DNA of 64,000 bases from the human T2T-CHM13v2.0 reference genome, Homo sapiens (GCF_009914755.1 NC_060942.1); one strand, 5' to 3'. Counted from the stretch's first letter, positions 30,851 to 45,189 are shown. Numbers and translations are program-made. Notes: generated by a model from the sequence alone, not told the origin.

Positions 30851-31960
30851 TTCCTCTAAACTCCTCCATGGCTCTCCATTGACCTCATGATGAAGGCCCA
30901 GCTCCCTCATCTGGCCTCTAACACTCTTCATGCTCCAGCCCCTGCCCTTCTCTCAAGTCTCATTTCATGCAGCACCCAAGGTGATGATGGCTGATGAGTG
31001 ATATTGTAAAGCACCCATCAGATCATGTCTCTCCTCTGCTCAGAGCCTTCCAATGGCTTCCCATGCCACTGAGAGTAAAATCCAAGGTGTTCTGCACAGG
31101 TTGCCAGGTCCTACAGCCTGACCTCAGCTCCCACCACTCCCACCCCCCACGCCACACCACCCACCCCCACACACACACCTCTGTGGCTGCTCCCAGCTCC
31201 CTCTTCCAGGATGCCAGCCCTCTCTTGCCTTGGGGCCTGATATGGTTTGGCTCTGTGTCCCCATCCAAACCTCACCTCGAACTGTAATCCCCACATGTCA
31301 GGGGAGGGGCCTGGTGAGAGGTGATTGGATTATAGATGCCGACTTCCCCCTTGCCAATCTGGTGATAGTGAGGGAGTTCTCAGAAGAAGTGGTTGTTTGA
31401 AAGTGTGGCACTTCCCTCTTCGCTCTCTCTCCTGCTTTGCCATCGTAAGACATACTTGCTTCCCCTCCTCCTTCCACCATGACTGTAAGTTTCCTGAGGC
31501 CTCCCAGTCATGCTTCCTGTACAGCCTGTAGAACTATGTGTCAATTAAACCTTTTCCTAAACTACCTAGTCTCAGGTGGTTCTTTACAGCAGTGTGAGAA
31601 CGGACTAATATAGGGCCTTTGCCTTTGCTGTTCCCTTGGCCGGGAGCACTTCCCTCAGAGCTGCCTGGTCAGCCTTGCCTCCTTCAGGCTTCTGCCCAAG
31701 GGTCTCATAATGAGAGGGGCCTTCCCTGACTTCCCCGCAGGTGACAGAACACTGCCCCATCGCTCTCTATCCCCTGGTCTGCTTTATGTTTCTCAGTGGC
31801 CTTGCCATCACTAACCCGTACGTGCAGATTTGACTTGGCTAACTGTCTGCCTCCCCGACGTGCGGTGTGAACACGTGTTTTGTTTTGCTCCCTGCTGTGT
31901 CTCCAGCTCCTAGAACTCTGTTGGTCATGAAATAGGTGCTCAAAATCAGTGTGGATCTGT
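30850..31960 (+). mobile_element. L2, split by an MSTA LTR
   Basis: cagatcatgtctctcctctgctcagagccttccaatggcttcc; gggcctttgcctttgctgttccc resumes after the LTR. Confidence 0.7.
31238..31612 (+). mobile_element. MSTA-type solo LTR
   Basis: tgatatggtttggctctgtgtcccc...gagaacggactaatata; perfect TSD GGGCC. Confidence 0.92.
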
Positions 31961-34187
31961 GAAGGATGCTGGCTTGCCTAACAGAGGAAATAGCTTTGGC
32001 AAGGAACATCCAGGAAAGACGTCTCTTAACCTAAAAACTGGAGGCACCATCTAAAAGACCTCCAGTAAGGGAGACAGCACTCCAGGCTCCCTACACCACC
32101 ACTGCCCACCTTTCTACCTCCAGGCACCTGGGAATTGGCCCCAGGCAGGATGAAGTCACAACAGGCTGGGTGGCCAGCCTGAGTTCTCTCCCGCTGCAGG
32201 CAGGAGCACCTCTTTTCACTTTTTATTTCTACACCACATTACTTGAACACTTGGTGGCTTCCAAAATGAAGCCATATGGTTTGATGGCAGCTCTCTGGAG
32301 GGAAATGCCGCCCTTTAATTGTCCTCAGGACTATTCTGAAAATAGAGTCCTTTTTATTCAAAGCTTAATTCCGTTAATGTTCCCAATATAAATGAATAAT
32401 AGAAAGCGTAAGCGAATTCTCTCCTGACAGTGTTCCTCTGCTCTATTTAAAGATCCTTCTGGGGCAGAGCCTGGACTCTGCTTTTACCAAACCCACTTAA
32501 AAATCCCTCCCCCCAAGAAACTGCACTGATTTTCCTTGGGTACAGTGTGTCCTGGAGAGGGACATAAAAGGGTGTTGAGGAACATCTGCTCGTGGACCCA
32601 ACCTCCCAGGCTGTGCACTTTGTCCACTCCCCACCACCAAGCTGATCCAAGGGGATACAGGAAGCCTCAGTCCCCAGAGGCTTCAAGAGGGTTATGATGC
32701 TGAGGGGCACAGGGGACACAGGCAACAGAGCAGAATGGAGCACAATGATGTAGTCGCAGCATGAACAACTGAGTTAACTTGATGAGACTGCTGGGAGTGC
32801 CTTTTCAGTTCCAGACATGGGTAGATTACAGTCATTCAGGAAGCTTGAATGCTCAACTCAGTGCCTACTTCTTCCAGGAAGCCTTCTGCGCAGCTGGAGA
32901 GGATCTCCCCTTCGCAGTTCCTATTGCACTAATCGCACCCCTGGGTGGTACTGAGCTGTGGCCACCTTTGAGTGTATATTTGGGCACAGATGGAATCACT
33001 CCCTCGGGGACACCTGCTCTGGCCAGGGTGTGGAAGCTTTTCTGTGTGCTCTATCACCCCCTGCACTCCATCCCTCCATGATGCCACGATGGTCACAACC
33101 AGTGGGGCTAGCTGCAACATGTTTGTGTCCCTCACCAGGTCTAACGCACCGGGAGGGGAGGACCCCTGTTGGTCTGGGTCATTGCCATATGCCCTGTGTC
33201 TAGCACAATGCCTAGACCACGGTGGGCCCTCAATCAATCTGTGGAGAATAAAGGAATCTCCCCTACTAGAATGCAATATCCTAGATGTACACAGCCGTGT
33301 TCCACACTCCTTTGTCCTTTTACCAATACCTATCAGTTTTAGCATTCTCTAACTACTTGCTGGCTAAAGGAATGAATGGGAGGAAGGTGTCACAGCAAAG
33401 ATGGTATTTGAGTTGGGTTCTCAAAATTGAACCAATTCAGAAAGTCTCAGAAGGAGTGACTGATTAACATCCCACTAGCCCTTTACTGTGCTCTAGCACC
33501 CTGGTGGAGTTCTCATGGTTAATCCTCTCATTGTTAATTACAGGAAAGGCCACCCAGAGGCATAACAGAGAGGGTATGCTTGCCGCCTGGCTTCTGGGTC
33601 TGCCCCAGCCATATACCTATGCAGGGACCACCTTTGCATCCTCAGATCCCAGTACAGTGGCAGACTCCTCATAAATATATGTTGGATAGAAATGAATACC
33701 TCACATCCACTAGTTAGTATTCCGTAGCCCGCAAGACTGGGACATCCAAGACCCTAAGTGTAGAGGAAATGTATGCAGAAGGGGCCCTAAGCAAAAATGG
33801 CCGCATCTGCTCAGCTAGATTCTGCAGCCTAAGATTCTGCATAAGTGAAAGGATTCTAAGTCTCAGACAGCCACCAAGCCCTGTCAAGTTCATTCTGAAG
33901 GCCTGTCACACCCAAGATGTATAGTGAGAGTCACCTCCATGCAGCAGAGCTGGGAGGATTCCAGCACAGCCCCTCATGGCTGACACATGACTCATGTGAG
34001 GATGGATGGGTAGAGTGGCATCTGGGAAGGAGGCAGGGTCTTCAGGAAAGGAGGCGCCTAATTCAGAGCATGGGCTGGGCTGTGTGGAGGCCCCACAAGG
34101 CTCATCTATCTTGGTGGGCAGTGGGTTCCCAGAGTTGTAAAATTTCATTTCTCCTGGAGCTTCTGATCCATAGGTAGTTTGAACTGG

Positions 34188-35273
34188 TGAAACAGGAAAA
34201 GTTCCCTTGTTCCCCTCTCAGGGAGTGCGATGGAGGTGTGGCTCGCTTCTTCAGTGCCCCACTGCTCACACCTCTAGGGGTAGCATGCAGACAGGAAGGC
34301 TGTGGGGCTCCAACCTCATGGCAGCATCTAGGGGTAAATGTTTGCTGCTGAAGCCCAGTGGGCATGTGTTACAGGGTGCTCTTTCAGTTTAGCCATCTGT
34401 AGGCAGCTTGTGTTAATCCGCTCAATTAGACCCCCTGCCTTATCTCAAGGACAGAGGACTTTCTGCATCCTGGGGCTTCTTGCCTTGGTGTATCGGAAGA
34501 ATCAGATCACATGTGGGCTTGGAGAATGAGTGCAAGGTTTTATTGAGTGGCAGTAGCTCTCAGCAGATGGGGGAGCCAGAAGGGAGATGGGGTGGGCAGG
34601 TGGTTTTCCCCTGGAGTCAGGCCGCTTGGCGGCCAGGCTCTCTTCCAACTACCCTTGGGCTAACTGTGCCTTGTTCCGCTGGTCGTTGGCCTGCTGGTGT
34701 CTGCTGGTGCTTGTCAGTGTGTTCTTCCACTCCTCTCGAAGTCCAGCTGCTTGTGTCTCTACCGGCTAGGGTCTCTGGGATTTTTTTTTTTTTTTTTTTG
34801 AGACGGAGTCTCGCTCTGTTGCCCAGGCTGGAGTGCAGTGGCGCGATCTTGGCTCACTGCAAGCTCCGCCTCCCAGGTTCACGCCATTCTCCTGCCTCAG
34901 CCTCCCAAAATAGCTGAGACTACAGGCGCCCGCCACCACGCCTGGCTAATTTTTTTTGTATATTTAGTAGAGACAGGGTTTCACTATGTTACAGGATGGT
35001 CTCGATCTCCTGACCTCGTGATCCACCTGCCTCGGCCTCCCAAAGTGCTAGGATTACAGGTGTGAGCCACCGCACCCAGCCAGGTCTCTGGGTTTTATAG
35101 GCACAGGATGGGGGCATGGCGGGCCAGGGTGGTCTTGGGAAATACAACATTTGGGCATGAAAACAGAAATGCCTGTCCTCACCTAGGTCCGTTGGCACAG
35201 GCCTGGGGGTGGAGCCCTTGCCAGGGACCATGTCCTTCCCTTCCCAGCATTTCCCTGGCCCCGTCCTGTATCA
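34188..35273 (-). mobile_element. ERV1 solo LTR (LTR9/LTR27 group), interrupted by an AluY
   Basis: Minus strand TGATACAGGA...TATAAAA...AATAAA...GAACTTTTCCTGTTTCA; 4-bp TSD CTGG (34184-34187, 35274-35277). Confidence 0.85.
34781..35081 (-). mobile_element. AluY
   Basis: gcaagctccgcctccc, cacgccattctcc, ggatggtctcgatctcc diagnostics; TSD ggtctctggg. Confidence 0.95.
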
Positions 35274-37869
35274 CTGGGAATATTCCAAATGCAGGGCCGC
35301 AACAGCAGAGAGAAGCATAACAGTACCCCTTCATCCTGTCTATACCTCTCCTACCCCTTTCTTCTGGCCACACCCCTCCCCCCAACAAAATGAGAAAAGA
35401 GACACAGAACAGGAAAGTCAAGGCAGCAGCTCAGATGTCCGTCTTCAGTCTGCACTCTACAGGAATGTGCCTTTAGGTTCACTAGATGATATAGGTGCTG
35501 CTGGCAAGAGACCCCTCTAGGAACTGGCTGCCAAGCTCATCCAGCCCAGACAGCAGCTGTGAGCTGGTCTGGGGCAGAGCTGGGGGAGCCATTTACCTCC
35601 CATGCCTCGTACGTAATAGGGGGTCCCTGGGTAGGATCTGGGGCAGGTGATCAGGCAGGGATACCTTCATCCCAGCCCTGTAGCTTTTGTCCCTGCCACC
35701 CCTTCCTCTTCCAGGAGTGCTCTGGTGCCTGCCAAGATAGGCTGCAAAGCCCCACACTGCCAGCCTGGGGACAAGACACTCCTAGCTCTCAGCACAGGCA
35801 AGCTCTCCCCACCCCAAGGTCCCTGTCTCTGGTGGATGCTCCAGGCTGTCTCTGTGCCTCTGTCTTTACCTAGTTTAAGCCTCAGTTCCTTTGGGCGTAC
35901 AATGAGAACAATAATAACAACCTTCATTTTCTATTTGGGACTGTTAGCATAATCCAGGGAGACCTTGGGTGTGAGGTCCAGGAGGACCCATCAGGGGCTC
36001 CAGGTTAATTATTGTTATTACCTCTGCTTGACTGACAAAGAAAGGGGAAGAAGAGAGGTCACATGCTCAGACAGGCCTGCTGTGATCAGGCTGAGGACTG
36101 GCTGGACTCTGTTCATTCTATTTCAGCAGGTCTGTAAGCAGGAATGCAGGAAGCAGTATCAGGCCCACAGCCCAGAAGAGTGGGTGGCACTGGCTGAGAG
36201 AGGGCAGATGGGGGGATGGCCAGTGGCCAGGATCATGCCCAAGGGGCTGTCTGGGGCCTCAGCTCCTTAGGGCCCAGGGAGGTGGAACGCGCCGGAGGCT
36301 GTGGAACCATGAGGCAATTTGGGAGCCTCCCTGCCTGTTCCTAGATCTTCTCAGGGAGTGGAACAGCCCTAGAGAGGGCAGCTTCCAGTGTTGCCCAGGC
36401 TAGAACAGAACGGCCTGAGCTCCCCTGGAGACCTCTGGGGTTGTCTGAGGCCTGTCAGCCTCTTCCTTGGAGGGCCTCAGTGCCTTCTTCTGGGACAAAT
36501 AATATATCAAATGAACTGAAATACCCAGAGAGCCCCCTGGGGGCTGGCACCGAGCCTGGCACTGCTGGGAATGCAAAGGGGACTTAGACCCGTTGCTCAC
36601 TCTCCAGGCAATTCCAATCCAGCGTGAGCAGTTGGGGAGAAAGGGCGGCAGAAGGGTGAGGCAGCAAACACCCAGGTGGCTGCCCCCAGGGCAGAACGTC
36701 CGGTCCGAGAAGACCAGGAGAGCACCAGAAACCAGAGAGACGGGACATTCCTGTCTGTCTAGGAGAGGTGGGGAAGGTCAGGAAGACTTTTTTGGAGTTG
36801 GGGTTTCCTTAGAGACATTTCTGAGCATTGGTTTGGCCCTGAGGCTGGGTTTTGGGTCTTGACTCTGCTATTCCTATGAACAAGTAGTTTTGAATTATCC
36901 AAGCCTGTATTTTCTCATCTATAAAAGAAGGAAAATAATATATCTGGCCATGCCGTGGCCATGGTGATGGAATGAGATCATGTTCACAGCACTGAACAGG
37001 GTGTCTGTAAAGCAAGTCTCAACAATACTCACTGTGCTTGAGGGTGGATGGGATTGAATTTAGAGAGGTGGTGGGGAAAGGAAGGAGCCAGCGACAGGAC
37101 AGGGCAATTCAGCCCATCAGCTTAGGTTTGAGCTACTCAAAAATTCATTTTGGGTAATTAAGGAAGTTTCTACTTAAGGGCTTCAGTGGGGAAACGTTTT
37201 ATAAAATGAACATTTCTTTTTAAAAAGTGAAAATTCTGTCCCTGTTTTTCTGCTTTCAAGTCTAGATTTCATAGAATGATTCCAGCATGCATTAAGCACA
37301 TTGTTTATCCAAGGTGCTGTGCTCAGAGTTGTGGCGATCCAGAGAGACCAGGTCGCTTCCACCTTCAAGGAGTCTGCAAGTTCATGTGCACAGCCCTGTG
37401 GGAGAAGGCGATTTCAGGAAGCCTAGCCCAACCCCTCTCTCAAACGCCTCCAAGGCACTGCCACGGATGGGTTCCCCACCCCCAGACGCCATGGTGTTGG
37501 GCAGATCTGCTTCTTTTGCTAAGATCAAGGGCAAATGGGCCACTGCTTACTAAGGTGGGCAAAGTGGGAGCAGCTGGAAGTGAACACTAGAGATCTGGTG
37601 AGAAATTCCAAGACTCCAGGGCAAAACTTCCCCAACGAGCCCTCCTTTGCTGAATTTAAAATGAACAGCCCAGCTGCAAAGAGAGTATTTGTTCTGTGTT
37701 CACAGGGAAATGGCCTGTGAAGGTCTGACCTTGGCTCTGACTTCCACACCCCCTCTTGCCACAGACCAGAGCCACAGAAGCATTAACCCTCAGTCCACCG
37801 AACCATTGCTATTCAGCAAAAGGCATCCAGCTCCTTGTGTGGGGTTAGGGGAAGTGGGTGCAGCACATC

Positions 37870-38070
37870 ACAGCGGTCATTTATTAAGCTTCACCTACTA
37901 TGTGAGGTGCCTCATTATGCTAAAAGATAGACTCCCCATTTTACAGAGGAGGAAACTGAAACTTAGCAAGGTTTAATAACGTGTTCAATACTCACACAGC
38001 TAAAATGAAGCCAATGAGAAATGCTTATCAGAGCTGGACATCAAAGGCTGTGTTTTTAACCACAGCTCTA
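37870..38070 (-). mobile_element. MIR
   Basis: ccccattttacagaggaggaaactga...cacacagcta. Confidence 0.7.
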
Positions 38071-38248
38071 CCAGCGCCCAAGCCAGTGCTGTGTTTTAAG
38101 CCCTTAAGGGACTCTGACAGTTTTCTTTATGAACCTTTATTCTACAGTTCTAAATAGCAGAACTGTGGATTGTAGGGAAGAGGGTTGGAAACTCACAGCC
38201 ATGAGGCTGCATCTGATCAAAAATACATTTTATTTAGCTAAAAGAACG

Positions 38249-38249
<1 letters not shown>

Positions 38250-38295
<46 letters not shown>

Positions 38296-38392
38296 GTAGA
38301 GGTGGGGTCTTGCTATGCTGCCCAGGCTGGTCACGAACTACTGGCCTCCAGTCATCTTCCCACCTCGGCCTCCTGAAGTGCTGTGCCCAGCC
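38250..38392 (-). repeat. (TG)n microsatellite abutting a FLAM monomer
   Basis: About 21 TG units, then ttttgtagaggtggggtcttgctatgctgcccaggctgg. Confidence 0.85.
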
Positions 38393-39140
38393 CTAAAATA
38401 ATGTTTTTAAATTAAAACATTTTAATTTAAGTGTCTTTCTTAACATGTACCGCATAACCTGTTTGGCCTTTTCCATGCTGAATTACCTGCCTGGCCTGGG
38501 AAGCATCGGAATCTGTGACCCTGTAAGAGCCCATCTCTCATCCTCACTGTGATGGCAGGGCTGGTGCCTTGGGACACTTGTGTTTTGAAGGTGCTTCATC
38601 TCCTTTCTCTTGGAAGGTACTTTGGGGCTGCCTCATCTGCACTGAGAAATCAGACCGAGGGCCCAGAAAAACTGATAGAACCCTCACCCTTCCCTCACTT
38701 CACCAACTTTGCCTTCCCCTTCCCACTCTGCCAAGGACTCCACAGTCCCAGACAGGGGAGCCTGTGTTCCCAGGGCCAGAAGTCCACTGTGTGTGGGCAG
38801 CTCAAAGGGGCCAGGCTGCCAGCATTGACCTCATGATCTTCAGTGGACCCAGAAGTCCACAAGGCCTGGCATTGACCGAGACCACTGGGCTCAAGGCTGG
38901 GCTACTGCCACCTGGTCCAGAGAGCCTACAAACGCAAGGCAGCTCCCGTCCCAGGTCTGCTGCGCTTCAAGACAGCACCAACAGCAGCTGAGGTGAGGGC
39001 CCCAGGCCCAAGAGACGGGGCTGGCTGGTCCCCTGAGTGTCGTAAGGACTATGGCTACGCCTGTGTTCACACGTTCCCAAAACAAGTCCTGGACAGCCTG
39101 TCTCATGACACCAGGAAACAGTTGCTTGATGGGAAAACTG

Positions 39141-39141
<1 letters not shown>

Positions 39142-39177
<36 letters not shown>

Positions 39178-39197
39178 CGCGTGTGTGTGTGTGTGTG
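39142..39197. repeat. Interrupted (TG)n microsatellite
   Basis: (TG)n ggcgc (GT)n. Confidence 0.9.
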
Positions 39198-39824
39198 CTG
39201 GAGGGAAGAAGAAAGGAAGGGAAAAAAAAACAAGAGAGCACTGAGCAATTCCAAAGGCGTGTGGTTTTCTTCTTGTGGTTTGATGCAAGGGCTTGGTGGT
39301 TTAAGTAAAGCCCTGAGCCCAGATTGTGGGACAGTTAAAGACTAGGTGGAGCAGGGGTGAGTCCTGAGAACAAAGAGCCTATTGAGGGTGCCCTGCCCAG
39401 GGGGAAGAGGCAGGCAACAGAGGGTGAGGCAGCCCCACTCACCTGTGGGAGCCCTCCTTGGGCACAGGCTTCTGGTCTACCCAAAAGCTGTCACAAGTAT
39501 GACTCATCTAGGAGCTCTTCTAGCAACTGTCGGGGGCAGTGCTGTGTGAGGGGAGCCTCAGACAGAATGCAGTCCCCTATGTGAGCCATACTTGGGGTTC
39601 AGTAGATGAAGTCACCACAGAGAAAGACCAGAGATGATAGTTTGGATTTTCATGCTGGAACAGTTGCTAACACAGCACCAGGCCTCAGAGCTTGGACAGG
39701 GTCACCTGCAGCTCTGACTTTCTAAGATTCTAGAGCTCTTTTTAGGGGGTGTGGCTTTTCTTTCTACTTCTTAGTCTCAGCACCCTGAAGGAGCCTAAGG
39801 TATGGCATAATAATAGCTAAATGT

Positions 39825-40010
39825 ATACAGCCCTGCTCACTTGACAGACACTAAATATTCTAAATCTTCTCTGCTAGCTCAGCTCATTTAATCCTCACCA
39901 TTCTAAGAAGTCGGTCCTGTGGCGATTTCTGTTTTACAGATAAGGAAACTGAGGCACAGAGAAGCTGAGTGAGTTACTGGTTTGTGAGTCCAGGGAGTGG
40001 GCTCTGCATC
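39825..40010 (-). mobile_element. MIR
   Basis: ctcatttaatcctcac...ttttacagataaggaaactgaggcacagagaag. Confidence 0.8.
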
Positions 40011-40893
40011 TATATTACTGATGATACGCTGGCTCATTAGGGGAAAGGGAGAATGTCCAGGACAAGGGCAAATATCAGATCCCACGGCACAGGCCCCTGC
40101 AGCCCAGACCCTTCCTTCAGCCTCCTCCCCACAATAAACACAAACCAACGCAGAAGATGATGGTCACCCCCCAGGGAGGCTGACGCCCTGGCTCCTGACC
40201 CAGAGGAAAGCAAAAGGAGTTGGGCCCACCTGGCCCCTGCGCTGTCTGATAGGCAAGGACAAGGACGGGCACTGGTTAGCGGGGCGAGCTTGATGAGTCA
40301 GATGCCCACTGCGCTGAGTAGCCTTTGAATACACCTCTACTGTGAAGAATATGCCCAGGGATTGGGATTTTCTGGTAAATTGTAATTTCTGGGTGTTACA
40401 CACCCTGTTAGCTTTGAGTACTGTTGCTGGAAACCTCCTTAAAATGACTGTGTAGGGATAATCCCAGCAGGGCAGCTCCCTGTCACCCCAAAACGGAGTC
40501 CCTGGGCTGAACACTGACACATATTTTGTGGGTTTCCTTTCAGCTGACCCCCAGGCTGTGGGAACTGAGTTGCAGGCAATCTCCACACCTGGCCCATCAC
40601 CCCGGTGCCCCTCCAGTAGTGTCTCACCTCCCCTCTTCTCAGATCACAGGGCATGCTAAAGCCGACAGTGAGTCGGGAGACCCTCTAAGATCCAACAAAG
40701 CAGCACAGTGGGTGGAAAGAGAACATCGGAATCCCAGAGACCAGACTTAGAGCCTGTTACTCGCGCTCTCTGATAGATAAATAAAAATGCCCAGCTCGTG
40801 GTTACTATGAGGATTCAAAGGGGCTTAACTCCTATAGCACTGAGCATGGTGCCCGGCACAGAGGAAGTGCTTAGTGGGTGTTAGCTGTTACTA

Positions 40894-41304
<411 letters not shown>

Positions 41305-41568
41305 TTAGAATTTTCCATATATTTCCTTATTTGTTCCATGAAATAAAATGAAGAGTCACTTGGGAGCCAGAGAGGTTAAGAAACTTGCTGTTGCTTTCCT
41401 GGCCTGAGGATCTCCACAAAACCTGGTCTAGAGCTGCAAGCCAGGAACCATCTCGTGCGAAAAGTCCATGCCCGTCAACTTCGCTTGAGACTGTGCTATA
41501 TCTAGAAGCCATTAGCTTTATCCCTAGTGAGTAACAATTTAATCTGGCCAAGGCAAATAACAAATTAG

Positions 41569-41954
<386 letters not shown>

Positions 41955-42159
41955 TGAAACTAAACTCCTCTTATTGCCAAATTAGAACATTATTGTTCAC
42001 ATTGGCAAAGAAATCCACACTTTCACAAAACAGTTTTCTACCAGGCTTCTTGAAACATGAGCTCTTCCATATTTTTCAGGACCAGAGCTATTACATAAAA
42101 CTGGGCACACATGAGTGCTTGCATGGACAATGTTAGCACACTTAAGTTCCAATTTATAA

Positions 42160-42885
42160 TGTGTAAAGCCCCAAATTGGAGCTGGCTAGATAGTCTGTGA
42201 GGCAAGTCTTAATGGGTAACATGAACCTGCTTTGTCCATGTTATCCTGTGTCTGACACAGCATCCTGTGTCTGACACAGCATCATGTGTCTGACACAGAC
42301 TTTGGCTTTCTGGGGTCACCATCCCTGGCTTCCTTCCCACATTTCTGCCTGAACCATGCTGCTGCCACTGCTTGTAACAACTTCCCCATGCTGGCAAGAA
42401 TCTAGATTAGGCACAAGCCTACATGACCAACACATACCATTTGCCACACCAAGTTGTCCTCTGTTCCTAGACTTGGCTAAATTGCTACACTTAGATCATG
42501 GCCTCTAGCTTTCTGAGTACCTGCTATGGAGCAAAATAATGTAAGATAAGAGTGTTAGCACCCGCTAAGAAATGGAAGACAAAATAGAGCTACAAAATAA
42601 ATGTCTCTTCATTTCTCCCTTCTGTGGATAACTCTGAGAACTGGCTTCTCCTTGAAATTCTAGAGAAAATCCACCATGCAGCACGAACACACATGCCAAT
42701 TGAATCACATGCCTCCTCATGGTTAATCACGAAGCAGTGGCCAGCACAGTAACACACTGCATTGTTTTACATGTATCTTTGCCTCACTTCCCTTTTTTTT
42801 CCACGCTTATTTCCCTGTTCTTATGCCTTGCAAATACAGTGTCAGCACTTTAATCCTTGCTTAAAGCTCTGCATCCAAGAGTGAT
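42160..42885 (+). mobile_element. ERVL LTR (LTR50/LTR16-like)
   Basis: gaagcagtggccagc...gcctcacttcccttttt...agcactttaatccttgc...gctctgc 3' motifs; followed by ERVL internal sequence. Confidence 0.55.
42243..42299. repeat. 3 x 19-bp tandem repeat containing the palindrome CTGTGTC-T-GACACAG
   Basis: atcctgtgtctgacacagc x2 plus atcatgtgtctgacacaga. Confidence 0.95.
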
Positions 42886-43112
42886 TCTAGAAAACAATTA
42901 TCAGGATGGAATTATGAGTTGAATGTCCCATTTGTCTTAAAGTAATAGGTATTCCATTGCTGGTAGTACATGGCCAGTAACAACTCCTTGGCATTTGGTA
43001 GACTTGTGATTTTTTCAATTTTCACTGTAGTTAATTGGGATAAAGTGCAGGTCAGGCATAAGACAAGGCATTGGAAGATTAAGTGGCCACGGCCTTCAAC
43101 CAGTATAGAAGC

Positions 43113-43456
43113 TGACATGGTTTGGGTGTGTCCCCACCCAAATCTCATCTTGAATTCCCACATGTTGTAGGAGGGGCCTGGTGGGAGGAATTGAATCATA
43201 GGGGCAGTTCTTTCCCATGCTGTTCTCATGATAGTGAACAACTGTCACAAGATCTGATGGTTTTAAAAAGTGGGGTTTCTCTGCGCAAGCCCTCTTCGCT
43301 TGTCTGCCACCATGTGAGATATGCCTTTCACCTTCCACCATGATTGTGAGGCTTCACCAGGCACCTGGAACTGTAAGTTGATTAAACTTCTTTTTTTTTG
43401 TAAACTGTCCAACCTCGGGTATGTCTTTATCAGCAGTATGAAAATGGACTAATACA
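43113..43456 (+). mobile_element. THE1A/B solo LTR inserted into ERVL gag
   Basis: tgacatggtttgggtgtgtccccacccaaatctc...ggactaataca; perfect TSD GAAGC. Confidence 0.92.
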
Positions 43457-45189
43457 GAAGCAATGTCACCTATGAGGCTTTTGGACTAGGATGGCTACTA
43501 ATGGCAGCACTAAAGACATTTAAATAAATGATAGGGTCAAGGAAGTTGATTAATGGCTCTAAAAGCCAGGTGACTTCTATGGCAATATTAAAGGAGGTCT
43601 TTGTTTCCTGCAACATCAGGGAAAACTGTGTGAAAATCAGGTTCAGAATCTGATTCTAAGGGTTTTGGAGCTGCCATGAAGATGAAATGCATAGCCTTGG
43701 CAAGTATGCTATGTCAAGTTAGGGTCCTGATAGGGAAAATGTAGAAATCTCAGACTTGGGATGGAGACAATTAGGTGGATGAAGCTGAGCATCTAGAAAC
43801 TCCAAATTCCTGTAAGCCCTCCTTCCCCAAAGATGTGACACCTTCACCTTTGCCAGAGAAGACTAGACTCTACTTGCTGGATGTACAGTATAATAATCTC
43901 ACCTGAAGCAGTGGCTTCCCAAGGTGATGCCCGTCCTCCTCAAGAAAAGCTAACCTTCACCACCTCTCATTCTCTCCAGACTGAGAGCCAGAGGCAGGTC
44001 TCAGCAAGCTCAAGTGCAGATGCAAAATCCTGTTTCAGGGTGAAACTGTCTAGATAAGAAAAGAGTTACAAACCCTAGCAAGAACTGCTGAACATAAAGT
44101 GAATATTGAGGGTAGTAGCCCAAAGAGGGGAGGCGAATACAGAGCTGGATAGTAGGGTATTTGTTGACATGGGATAACTCATTTATGACTCATAATTTAG
44201 TTTTGTATCAAGAACACATGGATAGTTTGCCAGGATGGATATCTGAGGCCTTGACTCCACAAGGAAGTACAGAAAAAAAGTGGAGACCACAGAAATACTT
44301 TGGCATAGTGTTGAGGAAGAGAATAGAAGGCTCAGGGAACTGGGAATATTATACAGGGACTTCTTATGTTTAGACCAAGAACCTACTACCCAGAGGGCAT
44401 ACTTTTCACTCAGACAGTAGAAAGCGCATTGGTGAGCAAGATACCAGCATCTTGGAGAAGCTCAGTGGTGGCTTTCAAAGGCACACACTGCAAACATAAT
44501 TACTTGATAGGCAGCAAGCCAGAGTGGTAGGTTCAGTCAGAGTGCTTTGGTTCACAGGGCTATGACAGTAATTAATAGATTACAGAGTCCAAGGAGTGAG
44601 TTGCGTAGACAACCAATTAGGGTGCTATTGGGTTTATACAAACAAGAAAATATCTCAATCTGGCAAATGAAGACTGACATTAACCACTGCAAAGGAAAAT
44701 TGTGGCCTATGCCTCAAAGTCAGTTCACAGACCCAGAGCCCATTATGAATGGAATTCTAGAACCCTAAGTGCTGACAAAAGTCATTCTCACAGAAGATCC
44801 AGTGCATCTGCAAACCCACCCTGTGGTTATTTCCCCAGTGCCCAAATATATAGTTAGGATAGATATAATTAGCATATACTTACCAGCTGGTAGATCCCTT
44901 ACAGTAGTGGCCTGATTTGTGGAGTGAGAACTATTATGAGAAGAAATGGAAGCCCTTGAAAGGCCAAATGGAAGCTCTTGACATTTTCCTATCCCCAATA
45001 CTAGCCTCCAAGAAAAATTAGAAGCAATGCCACATTTCTGGAGGAATTTTAGAGATTAGCATTACCATTCAAGATATGAGAGATGAAGGTATTGGTCCCT
45101 ATTGTATTCCCAATCAGCTCACCTCTGGCAGTGGATACTGCAAGCTTAATACTCCATTTCAGCTGCTGGTCAAAATATAAATTTTTTAT

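Noticed and set aside
42243-42299. Palindromic direct repeats resembling a CRISPR array
   Set aside because: No spacers, no cas genes, primate context; reported as a tandem repeat.
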